From positions 928,001 to 992,000 of the forward strand of contig CP170459.1 of NCBI GenBank assembly GCA_047947115.1: 64,000 bases of DNA. The letters are read 5' to 3'. This document shows, one piece after another, positions 43,612 through 52,627 of this stretch; the first letter of the stretch is position 1; the number at the start of each line of letters is the position of its first letter. A program made the translations under genes and the position numbers. Source of the DNA: Verrucomicrobiota bacterium. GTDB taxonomy: Bacteria; Verrucomicrobiota; Verrucomicrobiia; Limisphaerales; AAA164-E04. Below the pieces are notes generated by a model. That model was given only the letters and a program-made list of their open reading frames with translations. It made no database searches and was not told where the DNA came from.

Positions 43612-44666
43612 GCCGAACGTGTATTCGAGGCGGAGGCTTGAACGGTTTCAACGACTGCTTGCATGACCTCGACTTGTGAGGAAGGGCGCACTCCATGACC
43701 CAGATTGAATATGAATCCGCTACGATCTTTCATTTCCTCCAGAATACGGTTTGTTTCACGAATAGCAACCTCTGGCGATGCTTCAAGCACCGCCGGATCA
43801 AGATTTCCCTGCACCCCCACCTGCTTCGGAAGACTGGAGGCAACTTCAGACAGACGCTCCGTCCAATCGACGCCCAAAATATTGGCGCCGGTAAGCACCA
43901 GGGATTCCCAATTGCGCGTCCCTTTGGAAAACACAATGACAGGTACCGATTTGTCCAGTTTCGAAACAATTTCACGAATCCAACGCAATGAACCTTGTTC
44001 CACTTGGTTTCCAGCCAAGGTTCCACCCGAGGTATCAAAAATCTGAACCGCGTCCACCCCCGCACGGATCTGCATGTTGAGGTAATCCACAATCACATCG
44101 GTCAGTTTGCGACAGAGGCTCTCAAACAATTCAGGCTGTGCATACATGGCCTTTTTGGCCTGGACAAACTCCCGGGAACTGCCCCCTTCCATCATGAAAT
44201 TGGCCAAAGTCCAGGGAGAACCACTAAACCCTATGAGCGCGGTCTGAGGATCCAATTCGCGCCGGATCATCCGAACCGCTTGATTAACGTAATCCAAACG
44301 TTCCACCGCACCCTGAACCTCCAGACGATCCACATCCCCTGCGTTTTGCACAGGAAATGCCATCTCAATTCCCCCCGTCTCGCGGAAGGAATAACTCTGG
44401 CCCATGGCTTCGCAGACCACGAGAATGTCGCTGAACAAAATGGCAGCATCAAAACCAAAACGCCGGATGGGCTGCAAAGTGACTTCTGTCGCAAGCTCCG
44501 GCGTCTGAACAATTTCAACAAATGAATGCTTCTCCTTGACGGCACGGTACTCAGGCAAAGCCCTGCCGGCCTGCCGCATCATCCAAATAGGAGGCCGGTC
44601 AACCGACTCGCAGCGGCAAGCCCGAACAAAACGTTCACGACATGTAAGTGATTCTTGGTTTGTCAT
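43608..44666 (-). CDS. hemE: Uroporphyrinogen decarboxylase
   Basis: PIWMMRQAGR, AAILFSDIL, GFSGSPWT, QGNLDP, FNLGHG. Confidence 0.97.
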   Translation of the reverse strand: MTNQESLTCRERFVRACRCESVDRPPIWMMRQAGRALPEYRAVKEKHSFVEIVQTPELATEVTLQPIRRFGFDAAILFSDILVVCEAMGQSYSFRETGGIEMAFPVQNAGDVDRLEVQGAVERLDYVNQAVRMIRRELDPQTALIGFSGSPWTLANFMMEGGSSREFVQAKKAMYAQPELFESLCRKLTDVIVDYLNMQIRAGVDAVQIFDTSGGTLAGNQVEQGSLRWIREIVSKLDKSVPVIVFSKGTRNWESLVLTGANILGVDWTERLSEVASSLPKQVGVQGNLDPAVLEASPEVAIRETNRILEEMKDRSGFIFNLGHGVRPSSQVEVMQAVVETVQASASNTRSA

Positions 44667-44883
44667 GGAAGGATATCAACGCGGGCAACTGACCCGAGCG
44701 ACCGATTCAACGCAAAAACCACAAAAAGTCAACCCACATCGGGACTCAGCTCCAACATCATACCCCCTCAAACAGCCGCCGCCACCAAAGCATTCGCCCC
44801 CACAAAACCATAGCAACCCTTTCCATACCAAACAAAAACAACCAAAAAAGTAAAAACCACCGACATTTGAAACCACCCTTCGA

Positions 44884-45152
44884 CAACACCACGCTCAAGT
44901 CAACACCACGTTCAAGTAGCCGCCTTTGCCAAAAGGTGGCGAGCATCATTCAAATCAGGAGGTGGAAAATCGAACAGGTAAGGAACCGCTGCGGCGGGTC
45001 CGTGAGTGCGTATAAGTTTCCGGAGACCTTAAAGCAAAATGCGCACACTGTGGCGGACACGCAATCCCGACTTACTCGGGACATCCCAACAAAAGCAGCC
45101 GCCTCCACCAGAAAGCACTCCCCCCAAGTAGCCGCTTTCGCCAGAAAGTGGC
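44884..45152 (+). repeat. GTAG-type REP-like repeats (2 good copies, 1 degenerate) plus a 17-bp tandem duplication
   Basis: GTAGCCGCCTTTGCCAAAAGGTGGC (44916-44940), GCAGCCGCCTCCACCAGAAAGCAC (45095-45118), GTAGCCGCTTTCGCCAGAAAGTGGC (45128-45152); CAACACCACGYTCAAGT twice (44884-44917). Confidence 0.65.
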
Positions 45153-45207
45153 CCCCCAGACGATGAGTTGCGACTTTTACTTTAAAAGGCTATGCTATGA
45201 GTTCTTT

Positions 45208-45849
45208 ATGTGGAAATTTCAATTCATGGGATTCCCAGTGGCGGTCCACTGGTGGTTTTGGCTAACAATGTTCCTGTTGGGCGGCGGCGCAAGCGCCCAA
45301 CACTCGGCACAGTTTGTCTTCCCTCTCCTGTTCGTGGCCGCCGCCTTCATATCCATCGTAGCCCACGAACTGGGACACGCGGTAGCCGGCCGCAAATACG
45401 GCGCTTATCCATCCATTTACCTTCACGGATTTGGAGGAGTCACCACCCTGCCGGGAGCACGGTTTAACCGCAATCAAAGCATGTTTGTCAGTTTCGCAGG
45501 ACCATTGACCAGCATGCTGCTGGCATTGATTTCCTTCCTTCTATTCCCCATAGTCGCCAAACTATCCATTCAATTAGGACAACTGTTCGGAATCATGGTC
45601 TATATCAACATCTTTTGGACCATTCTGAACTTACTCCCCATTCAGCCCCTTGACGGCGGCCAGATCTTCCGCGATTTCATGGGCCCATCCAGACGCGAAA
45701 TCACCCGATGGGTAGGCGTTGTCTCTGCTGGCTTGGCCGCCATTTGGGCACTGAACAATCAGCGTGTATTTCTGTGCATGATGATGGCCTACCTGGCCTT
45801 TCTAAACTATCAGGAAACACCGGGCGAAGGCGGCGTCATCACCCATTAA
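45208..45849 (+). CDS. Site-2 protease (M50) family membrane metalloprotease
   Basis: HELGH, AGP, NLLPIQPLDGG. Confidence 0.92.
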   Translation: MWKFQFMGFPVAVHWWFWLTMFLLGGGASAQHSAQFVFPLLFVAAAFISIVAHELGHAVAGRKYGAYPSIYLHGFGGVTTLPGARFNRNQSMFVSFAGPLTSMLLALISFLLFPIVAKLSIQLGQLFGIMVYINIFWTILNLLPIQPLDGGQIFRDFMGPSRREITRWVGVVSAGLAAIWALNNQRVFLCMMMAYLAFLNYQETPGEGGVITH

Positions 45850-45885
45850 TATCGTAACTGCGAAAACCGAACAGATCAGTCAATA

Positions 45886-46755
45886 ATGAAACAAACAATA
45901 AAATGGCTACCGCGATACCTCAGTTTGACCGCCATGGTTGCATGTTTGGCCATGGAATTCCGAACCCAAGCGGCATCTCCATCTAACGAACTGAAAGGCA
46001 ATGTATTAACAGACATCGGATACCACTCCCCAGACCAACCAGGCTATGATGATTACACAGCCGAGCGATGCAAACTGGACATATACGTGCCGACCGGAGC
46101 AAAAAACCTTCCAACCGTAGTCTGGTTCCACGGAGGCGGACTGAGCGGAGGAAACAAAGAACTCCCGAGCAGACTCAAGAACCAGCAAATCATCATTGTG
46201 GCCCCCAACTACCGACTGTTTCCAAAGGTCAAAAGTCCCGTTTACATAAAAGACGCGGCAGCGGCGGTTGCCTGGACCTTCCACAACATAGAAGCCCATG
46301 GCGGCTCAAAGGAACTCATTTTTATATCAGGCCACTCAGCAGGAGGCTATCTTGCCTCCATGGTGGGACTGGATAAACAATGGCTGGCAACGCACGAAAT
46401 CAACGCCAATGACATTGCTGGACTCATCCCCTTCAGCGGACACACCATCACCCACTTCACAGTGCGCGAAGAGAGAGGCATACCCGGCGAACGTCCCATC
46501 ATCGATGAAATGGCACCCCTTTATCACGTCCGCTCCGACGCGCCCCCACTGGTCCTGATCACCGGAGATCGCGAACTGGAAATGCTCGGTCGCTACGAAG
46601 AAAACGCCTACATGATGCGCATGATGAAAGTAGCCGGCCACAAACAAACCATCCTCTACGAACTCCAAGGCTATGGCCACAACATGACCGAACCCGCCTA
46701 CCCCATCCTGATCCGCCAAATCAAAACCCTGAGCCAAAACAAAAAATCAAGGTAG
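45886..46755 (+). CDS. Alpha/beta hydrolase (esterase/lipase)
   Basis: HGGGL oxyanion motif, GHSAG nucleophile, signal peptide. Confidence 0.9.
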   Translation: MKQTIKWLPRYLSLTAMVACLAMEFRTQAASPSNELKGNVLTDIGYHSPDQPGYDDYTAERCKLDIYVPTGAKNLPTVVWFHGGGLSGGNKELPSRLKNQQIIIVAPNYRLFPKVKSPVYIKDAAAAVAWTFHNIEAHGGSKELIFISGHSAGGYLASMVGLDKQWLATHEINANDIAGLIPFSGHTITHFTVREERGIPGERPIIDEMAPLYHVRSDAPPLVLITGDRELEMLGRYEENAYMMRMMKVAGHKQTILYELQGYGHNMTEPAYPILIRQIKTLSQNKKSR

Positions 46756-46838
46756 CACGACAACCGAAGGGAAAAACCAGCTCCAACTTTTTGGCTTCGC
46801 AAACCCAAAAAGCCATGCTAAATAATCCATCCCTACGC

Positions 46839-46914
46839 GCTCCTGTAGTTCAACTGGATAGAACTGCGGTTTCCTAAACCGTCGATCTGGGTTCGAGTCC
46901 CGGCAGGAGTACCA
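46839..46914 (+). tRNA. tRNA-Arg(CCT)
   Basis: Acceptor stem GCTCCTG/CAGGAGT, D-arm AGTTCAACTGGATAGAAC, anticodon arm GCGGT-TTCCTAA-ACCGT, T-loop GGTTCGAGTCC, encoded ACCA end. Confidence 0.96.
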
Positions 46915-46947
46915 CTTAAACATCAGAAGTTTAACTCAACACACAGC

Positions 46948-47235
46948 TTAACGCCCCCCATTCAACTTGACTTTTTCCAACAGTTGAGCAGTAGCAACTC
47001 GGCAAAAACCTGTCAAAGTTAGAACCGGAAACATCGCTTGCCGGATACGTCTCTCAGAAGCACGTTGCTCACGTTCGATCAATTCACGCTCTGTTAATCG
47101 CAACAAAAACTCGGCATATCCACTACGTTCCTTGGCGCACAGCTGAGCCATCGATTCATATTCTCTCAAGATCGTGGGCAGTTTGAGCGCCTTGAGATGG
47201 TGAGCGAGCAGCACATTTGGTACATCCTTGTTCAT
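46948..47235 (-). pseudogene. istB: IS21 helper ATPase IstB, truncated before Walker A
   Basis: LKALKLP...YAEFLLRLTERELIEREQRASERRIRQAMFP matches the IstB N-terminus; similarity is lost after about 47023; 4-bp overlap with istA. Confidence 0.85.
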
Positions 47236-48814
47236 CGTTCACCTCCCACCAATTGGGCATACTTACTCAAGTCCGGTGCTTTAACCCTAACATGTTTCAA
47301 ATGAGGATGCCCATCCAGGTTGAAGATTTGTTCACGCCATTGCTCTTGAGGATACAAAAACTGGGCTACGGCATCTCGAGTGATGGCTCCATACTCCAGA
47401 GCTTTGGATGCCGCGTGTACCAATGATGGCATGGAATGCTTCTCCAGTAAGCGAAGGATTTTGATATACTCTCTGACACCTTCGCCCCCGTATTGGTTTT
47501 CCAGGCGTTTTCGCAGAGTGGTGAACGTTTCTGGTAGTTCCCATTTGTCCAACGGTAACGCGTGATCTAATGCGCCAGGTTTACGTTCCAGCAAAGCCAA
47601 GTAATGCACTGGTTCAAACCTGACCTTTTCCTTATCCCAAATCCGCGAATGACGAGCCACTTCTTGCCCTTGTGCGTAAAGGATCACTTCCCAGCAAAAA
47701 CCTTTGGCGACGATGGGATGATGTGCCCCGCAGACTGGAACCGAATAGTCGTTGCAATCAAAACGCACCAAGGACAGAGAACTCGCAGTGGTTGACACTT
47801 TTCGAGCTGCTTCAAATGGGCTGGCAGGCAATGAGATCATGGCTGCCTGATCTTCAGTTAGAAGAACCTCTTTGGAATCGGGTTTACCCCTGAGTCGTCG
47901 TTTAAGTTCTTCCTGACATCGTTGCCTGAGTTGTGCATTGAGATCTTCAAAATCCAGCACTTGAGGAACTGGAACCATGAAGTTGAGTCGAGTGTATTTG
48001 ACCAATCCTTCCACCACACCTTTTTCATTACCACGAGCTGGAAGGCAAAAGTGATGATCAAAAAGATAATGGCTTTTGAGTTGAAGAAAACCATGTGTCA
48101 GACGCCGTGGTCTCGATCCGATAATCTGGGATACAGCAATCCTGGTGTTGTCATAGGTGATGCGTTTGGGAACACCGTTGAAAAACTCGAAAGCTTGAAC
48201 ATGCCCTTCTTGGAATGTCTCTGTGTTCTCGCGCTCAAAGGCCATTACAAAAACGGCGTCACTGTGAGGCAATGACATCACAAAGAATGGGATCTTTCGA
48301 AGCTGGCCTCCTACGCAAGCAAGAGCATGCCCAAAATCGACCTGAGCCTCTCCAGGAGGATGTTTGAGGGGGATGAAGACTTCCTGATTCTTTTGGGTAA
48401 GACGTCTTACAGCCTGCCTGACAGTAGAATAGGCCCCTTGATAACCATTTTCATCTCGAAGCCGTTCCCAGATACGCTTGGCTGTGTGTCTCTGTTTTTT
48501 GTGAATTTTGAGATCATCCTCAAGGATTTGCTTAATCCGGTCCTCAAAAGGACCAATTTTGGGACGTTCACGCGGTTTGGTTAATTGATAACCAGGAGGT
48601 TCACTATGAGTTAGGATCTTGTTCAGGGTTCGCCAATGCATCCCTGTTTCCCGTAGTATGCTGCGCTTGCTGACTCCCTCAACAAGCACCCTTCTTCTTA
48701 TGTCATTCCATTGTTCCATATCGGCATACATGCTCCTTTCTTAGCATGATGCCGCACTTTTCGACTGTCACTTTCCTGACCCCGACCCGCCGCACTTTTC
48801 GACTGGCGCCTACA
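47023..48814 (-). mobile_element. IS21-family element, right end deleted
   Basis: Left end TGTAGGCGCC at 48814 with a repeated binding motif (GCCGCACTTTTCGACTG on +, 48751-48767 and 48789-48805); istA + partial istB. Confidence 0.85.
47232..48731 (-). CDS. istA: IS21-family transposase IstA
   Basis: KQRHTAKRIWERL, PPGEAQVDFG, FFNGVP..ITYDN, GNEKGVVE, LLERKPGA; AAGGAG RBS. Confidence 0.95.
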   Translation of the reverse strand: MYADMEQWNDIRRRVLVEGVSKRSILRETGMHWRTLNKILTHSEPPGYQLTKPRERPKIGPFEDRIKQILEDDLKIHKKQRHTAKRIWERLRDENGYQGAYSTVRQAVRRLTQKNQEVFIPLKHPPGEAQVDFGHALACVGGQLRKIPFFVMSLPHSDAVFVMAFERENTETFQEGHVQAFEFFNGVPKRITYDNTRIAVSQIIGSRPRRLTHGFLQLKSHYLFDHHFCLPARGNEKGVVEGLVKYTRLNFMVPVPQVLDFEDLNAQLRQRCQEELKRRLRGKPDSKEVLLTEDQAAMISLPASPFEAARKVSTTASSLSLVRFDCNDYSVPVCGAHHPIVAKGFCWEVILYAQGQEVARHSRIWDKEKVRFEPVHYLALLERKPGALDHALPLDKWELPETFTTLRKRLENQYGGEGVREYIKILRLLEKHSMPSLVHAASKALEYGAITRDAVAQFLYPQEQWREQIFNLDGHPHLKHVRVKAPDLSKYAQLVGGER

Positions 48815-49257
48815 TCTTGAACCCAGCATGGAAACTTAACATGAGGCTTGAGCATAGGCTTGAACCAGATCCAATGCCCATTGAATCTGATTGGGGTGGT
48901 AAATCTCAATCGAACAATCATACGGTAATCGAATGATCATTGGCGACTGACCAGAGCCATTCATCTGGATCTTAAAAAACCATCCGTTGACCCAACGGTT
49001 TTTTGCTTCTTAGTTGGAGAAACCCCCAGCCATTTGATCAACGTATCGCGTGTGACCGTTTTATCGAGACAATACCGATAAGGACTCAATCCGCTTTTAT
49101 GAAAGTCCTTGAGGATTTCCTCCCGCTCATGTTGTGAGTAGCGCTTTGCGCATGTAGGGGATTTTTTGCCTGGGGCCTGTATTGATGCTTGATCCATGCT
49201 TGGGAGTATTACCCTGATGGAAGCCTTTGACCAGTAGGTCGCCGGTACACCGCTTAC
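48815..49257 (-). mobile_element. IS66-family remnant (left end, tnpA, first codons of tnpB), interrupted by IS21
   Basis: IS66-type end GTAAGCG at 49257; tnpA-like HTH (from 49197: RYSQHEREEILKDFHKSGLSPYRYC) continues in the -1 frame to a stop at 48836 overlapping the ATG of MLSFHAGFK (tnpB-like), which is cut at 48815. Confidence 0.75.
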
Positions 49258-49377
49258 GGTGAAATAAAATGATATATGCTGTGGTTGGTGCGTGGCAATG
49301 TCACAAAAAGGTAAATTTAGATTGACCAAAAGCAATAAGCTTGAGGGTAATACCGCGGAACGCAATCTTGAGGCATA

Positions 49378-51372
49378 ATGTTAAAGACATTTTATGAGAA
49401 ATTATCTGATACAATATTTGGACAGACTGCTAATTATCCGAATAATTCCATTGATTACGAAGAATTGCACATTCTGATCCTTGATATAGATCCCGAATGG
49501 TTCCACAAAGTAGAAAAACTTTTAGCTTCTGCTGGATTAGGTGGTGATAATCTAAGGGTAAAACTATTGCAGGTGTCCACGTTGGACCAGGCAATTGAGG
49601 AATTAAATAGGAATCAGTTCAACGTCGTATTGACGGATCTCCATCTTGAAGATGCGACAGGTTTTTTGATTACAAACCAGTTGAAAAATCATGCTGCCGA
49701 AACCCCGTTGGTGGTGATCACTAACATGGTGAACTGGTCCACGATTATCAAGGCAGCACAGGTCGGCGTCAGTGATTTCATCAGTAAAAGAGAACTTAGA
49801 CCGGATTTACTTGCTCGCAGTGTTTTAGGTGCGATAGAGCGTGGTAAGATTGAACATAAACTTAAATCATCCAGGCAGATATATGAAAATTTGACCGAAA
49901 TGATGCCTGTCGGTATGGTTCTTGTAACAAGTGAACTGAACATTACATATGCCAACGACACATTCTGTAACAGTTTCCAAATATCCAATCTAAAAATACT
50001 TGAAAAAGCTTTACACGAATTGCTTGAGCCCTCTCTTCACTGGGAAAAGATTTTGGGGAATCTTGAGAAAAATAAAGATTACCAGGAATACGAAGCCATC
50101 GGAAAAACTGAAGCAAGTTGCGGAAAATCATTTTTGATCATCGCTAGAAAATCCGAGATTGATATTAATTTGCCGGCGGGAGGGTATCAGTGCATCGTTT
50201 GGGATGTTACCGAACAAAAATCAAATTTTATCCGTGCTGATATTGAGAAGAAATTGGAATTTGTACAACAGCGTATGGGTTCGGTATTTAACGCAATTAA
50301 CAGCAATTTAGCAGCTATTGTTATTGATAGTGAAAACGTAGGTTGGCAGAGTGATACGGAACAAAAAGAAATCATTCTACAACGAATAAGGGATTCCGTG
50401 CAATCTGCGAGGAGCATCATGAAGCCATTTTTGTATGAGACTGGTGATGTGACCGTCAGATGGGAGAAAATGGACATAAACAAATTAATTAAGAATTGTT
50501 TCAAAAATGCCTCTCATGGTCGGAAAAAAGGAATATCATTTGAATTATCACTTCCCGCGAATACTTACACACTAGTTGTAGAGCCAGGGCACATACAACG
50601 CATATTCAATAATTTGTTCCAGAATGCAGTTGAAGCCATTCACGACAAAGGAATTATTTCAGTGGACGTCAAATCTGTTCCGCATTCAGAACTGAAATCA
50701 ATAATTGCTGAGGCAGAGTCACATGTCAACGGATGGTTAAAAATAGCCTTCAAAGACACTGGATCAGGAATTGAGAACAAATTAATACCTCGAGTCATTG
50801 AACCGCTTTATACAACCAAAGGCCCACTGCATGCAGGATTAGGGCTTTCAGAGGTTTGGAAACTTGCCAAATTACACAATGGTTTTATAAAACTAAAGAG
50901 TATTTTAGACAAGGGGACAGAAGTGGAATTGTATTTACCTATCTTTGAAGAAGCTCTAACTCCACCCAACACTCCAGAAAGTGGATTTGTCGAACAAAAC
51001 AGAGTTTGTCTGAGGGTAATGGTGGTAGAAGATGATCACGAATTGAGGGAAGCCATGGTAAGTCTCCTGCATCACCTTGGTTATTCTGTTGTGAATTTCG
51101 TTAATGGTGCAGAAGCCTTGAATCACTTTTCAAAGCATAGCGGAAATATAGACATTATCATCACAGATTACTACATGCCCGTAATGGATGGCGCTCAATT
51201 GATAGAAAATCTTCGTAAGTTATCTCAATCTGTTAAAATAATTTTTATGACCGGTTGTGAAAAGCAGAATGATTTAGAATGTTTTGATAGCAATTATGTA
51301 GATGCTGTTATTTATAAACCTTATTCCAGCGATGAGCTTAAAGAAGCCCTAGAAAAAGTCTCAAAAAGCTGA
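49378..51372 (+). CDS. Hybrid histidine-kinase-like protein REC-PAS-(HisKA without His)-HATPase-REC
   Basis: VLTDLHL and IITDYYMP receivers; N box NLFQNAVEA, G1 DTGSGI, YTTK, G2 GLGLS; H-box region reads SVFNAINSNL. Confidence 0.88.
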   Translation: MLKTFYEKLSDTIFGQTANYPNNSIDYEELHILILDIDPEWFHKVEKLLASAGLGGDNLRVKLLQVSTLDQAIEELNRNQFNVVLTDLHLEDATGFLITNQLKNHAAETPLVVITNMVNWSTIIKAAQVGVSDFISKRELRPDLLARSVLGAIERGKIEHKLKSSRQIYENLTEMMPVGMVLVTSELNITYANDTFCNSFQISNLKILEKALHELLEPSLHWEKILGNLEKNKDYQEYEAIGKTEASCGKSFLIIARKSEIDINLPAGGYQCIVWDVTEQKSNFIRADIEKKLEFVQQRMGSVFNAINSNLAAIVIDSENVGWQSDTEQKEIILQRIRDSVQSARSIMKPFLYETGDVTVRWEKMDINKLIKNCFKNASHGRKKGISFELSLPANTYTLVVEPGHIQRIFNNLFQNAVEAIHDKGIISVDVKSVPHSELKSIIAEAESHVNGWLKIAFKDTGSGIENKLIPRVIEPLYTTKGPLHAGLGLSEVWKLAKLHNGFIKLKSILDKGTEVELYLPIFEEALTPPNTPESGFVEQNRVCLRVMVVEDDHELREAMVSLLHHLGYSVVNFVNGAEALNHFSKHSGNIDIIITDYYMPVMDGAQLIENLRKLSQSVKIIFMTGCEKQNDLECFDSNYVDAVIYKPYSSDELKEALEKVSKS

Positions 51373-51465
51373 ATAATTTATCTATCAGCTCTAAATTTTA
51401 CATGTGTGTAAGTTACAATAAAACATTACTATAACAACATCGGTAAATTTGAATATTAATATATT

Positions 51466-52578
51466 ATGCTATCAGATTATATACACAAAAACGTAATCAC
51501 TGACACTTCTCACTCTATAATATATACAAATAAATTATTAGAAATTGTTTTCGTGAATGATGGATGGGTGAATCAAACTGGATACAGTAAGAATGAATCC
51601 TTGGGCAAAACTCCAGAACAATTGTTGGCGGGTCCTGACACAGAACAGAAGAAACTGTCGACCATATACAGTGCCATTCGAGAAAACAAACGCATTCAAA
51701 TCGAAATCATCAACTATAAAAAAAATGGGCGTAAATATGTGGCATTTCTTGATATCGCACCTATTCAAATTGATGGAAAAGCTTTTGGTTGGATGTACGT
51801 TTCTATCGACATTACTAAATACAAAAATGGCTTAAAAATTTGTAAGAAAAAAAATGACAAGTTAAACATACAATTTAAAGAATTATTAAACATATATCAA
51901 AAGAGAGAGAATGAAATAGCCGGATTAAGTCATGACTTGAGAAACGTTATTCACCAATTATCTGCATCTTATGAGTTAATTGCTCTTGAGAAACTGACTG
52001 GGCAGCAGAGAAATATTCATGATAAGGCATCAAATGTCATAGACACTGCTGTTATACTGTTAGATGAAATCATTCGATTAAACAAAATTAATTATCATAG
52101 TGATATTAATCGATTTGAGAAAATAAACTTGTATAATATGATAAAAGACTGCTTGTCTAGAGCGTTAATATCACAATCAAAAGAAAATTATCGAATAAAA
52201 TATCATTTTTCAAACATGGATGCAACAGTCATCTCAGATAGTGTCTTGTTGATGCGGATTTTTACTAACATAATATCTAACGCTGTAAAGTACAAAAAAG
52301 ACACAATATGCATAAGCGTGTTTTTACACGAATACAAAACCCATTATAGAATAAATATTAAAGATGCTGGTATAGGTATTGAGGAAAATGTATTAAAAAA
52401 TATTTTTGCACATTATGAAAGAGGCGAAAACTTTCTTACAAATACAATAAAGGGTCATGGCTTGGGTATGAGCATTGTCAAATCCCTGTGTGACGAACTA
52501 AAAATTAAGTTATCGGTAAATAGTGTGCCAAATAAAGGCACTGATGTTTCTCTTAACATTCCAAAAAAAATCACGTAA
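51466..52578 (+). CDS. PAS (LOV-like, no Cys) sensor histidine kinase
   Basis: VFVNDGW..QTGYS..ESLGK..LLAGPDT...NYKKNG PAS; SHDLRN H-box; NIISNAVKY, DAGIGI, GHGLGM. Confidence 0.9.
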   Translation: MLSDYIHKNVITDTSHSIIYTNKLLEIVFVNDGWVNQTGYSKNESLGKTPEQLLAGPDTEQKKLSTIYSAIRENKRIQIEIINYKKNGRKYVAFLDIAPIQIDGKAFGWMYVSIDITKYKNGLKICKKKNDKLNIQFKELLNIYQKRENEIAGLSHDLRNVIHQLSASYELIALEKLTGQQRNIHDKASNVIDTAVILLDEIIRLNKINYHSDINRFEKINLYNMIKDCLSRALISQSKENYRIKYHFSNMDATVISDSVLLMRIFTNIISNAVKYKKDTICISVFLHEYKTHYRINIKDAGIGIEENVLKNIFAHYERGENFLTNTIKGHGLGMSIVKSLCDELKIKLSVNSVPNKGTDVSLNIPKKIT

Positions 52579-52627
52579 GAAAGTGTTCAAAAATCATATT
52601 TTAAAACAAAAGGATCTTAGCTATTGT

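Noticed and set aside
44884..45152. Direct repeats considered as a mini CRISPR array
   Set aside because: Irregular spacing, only 2-3 degenerate copies, GTAG-REP form and no cas genes
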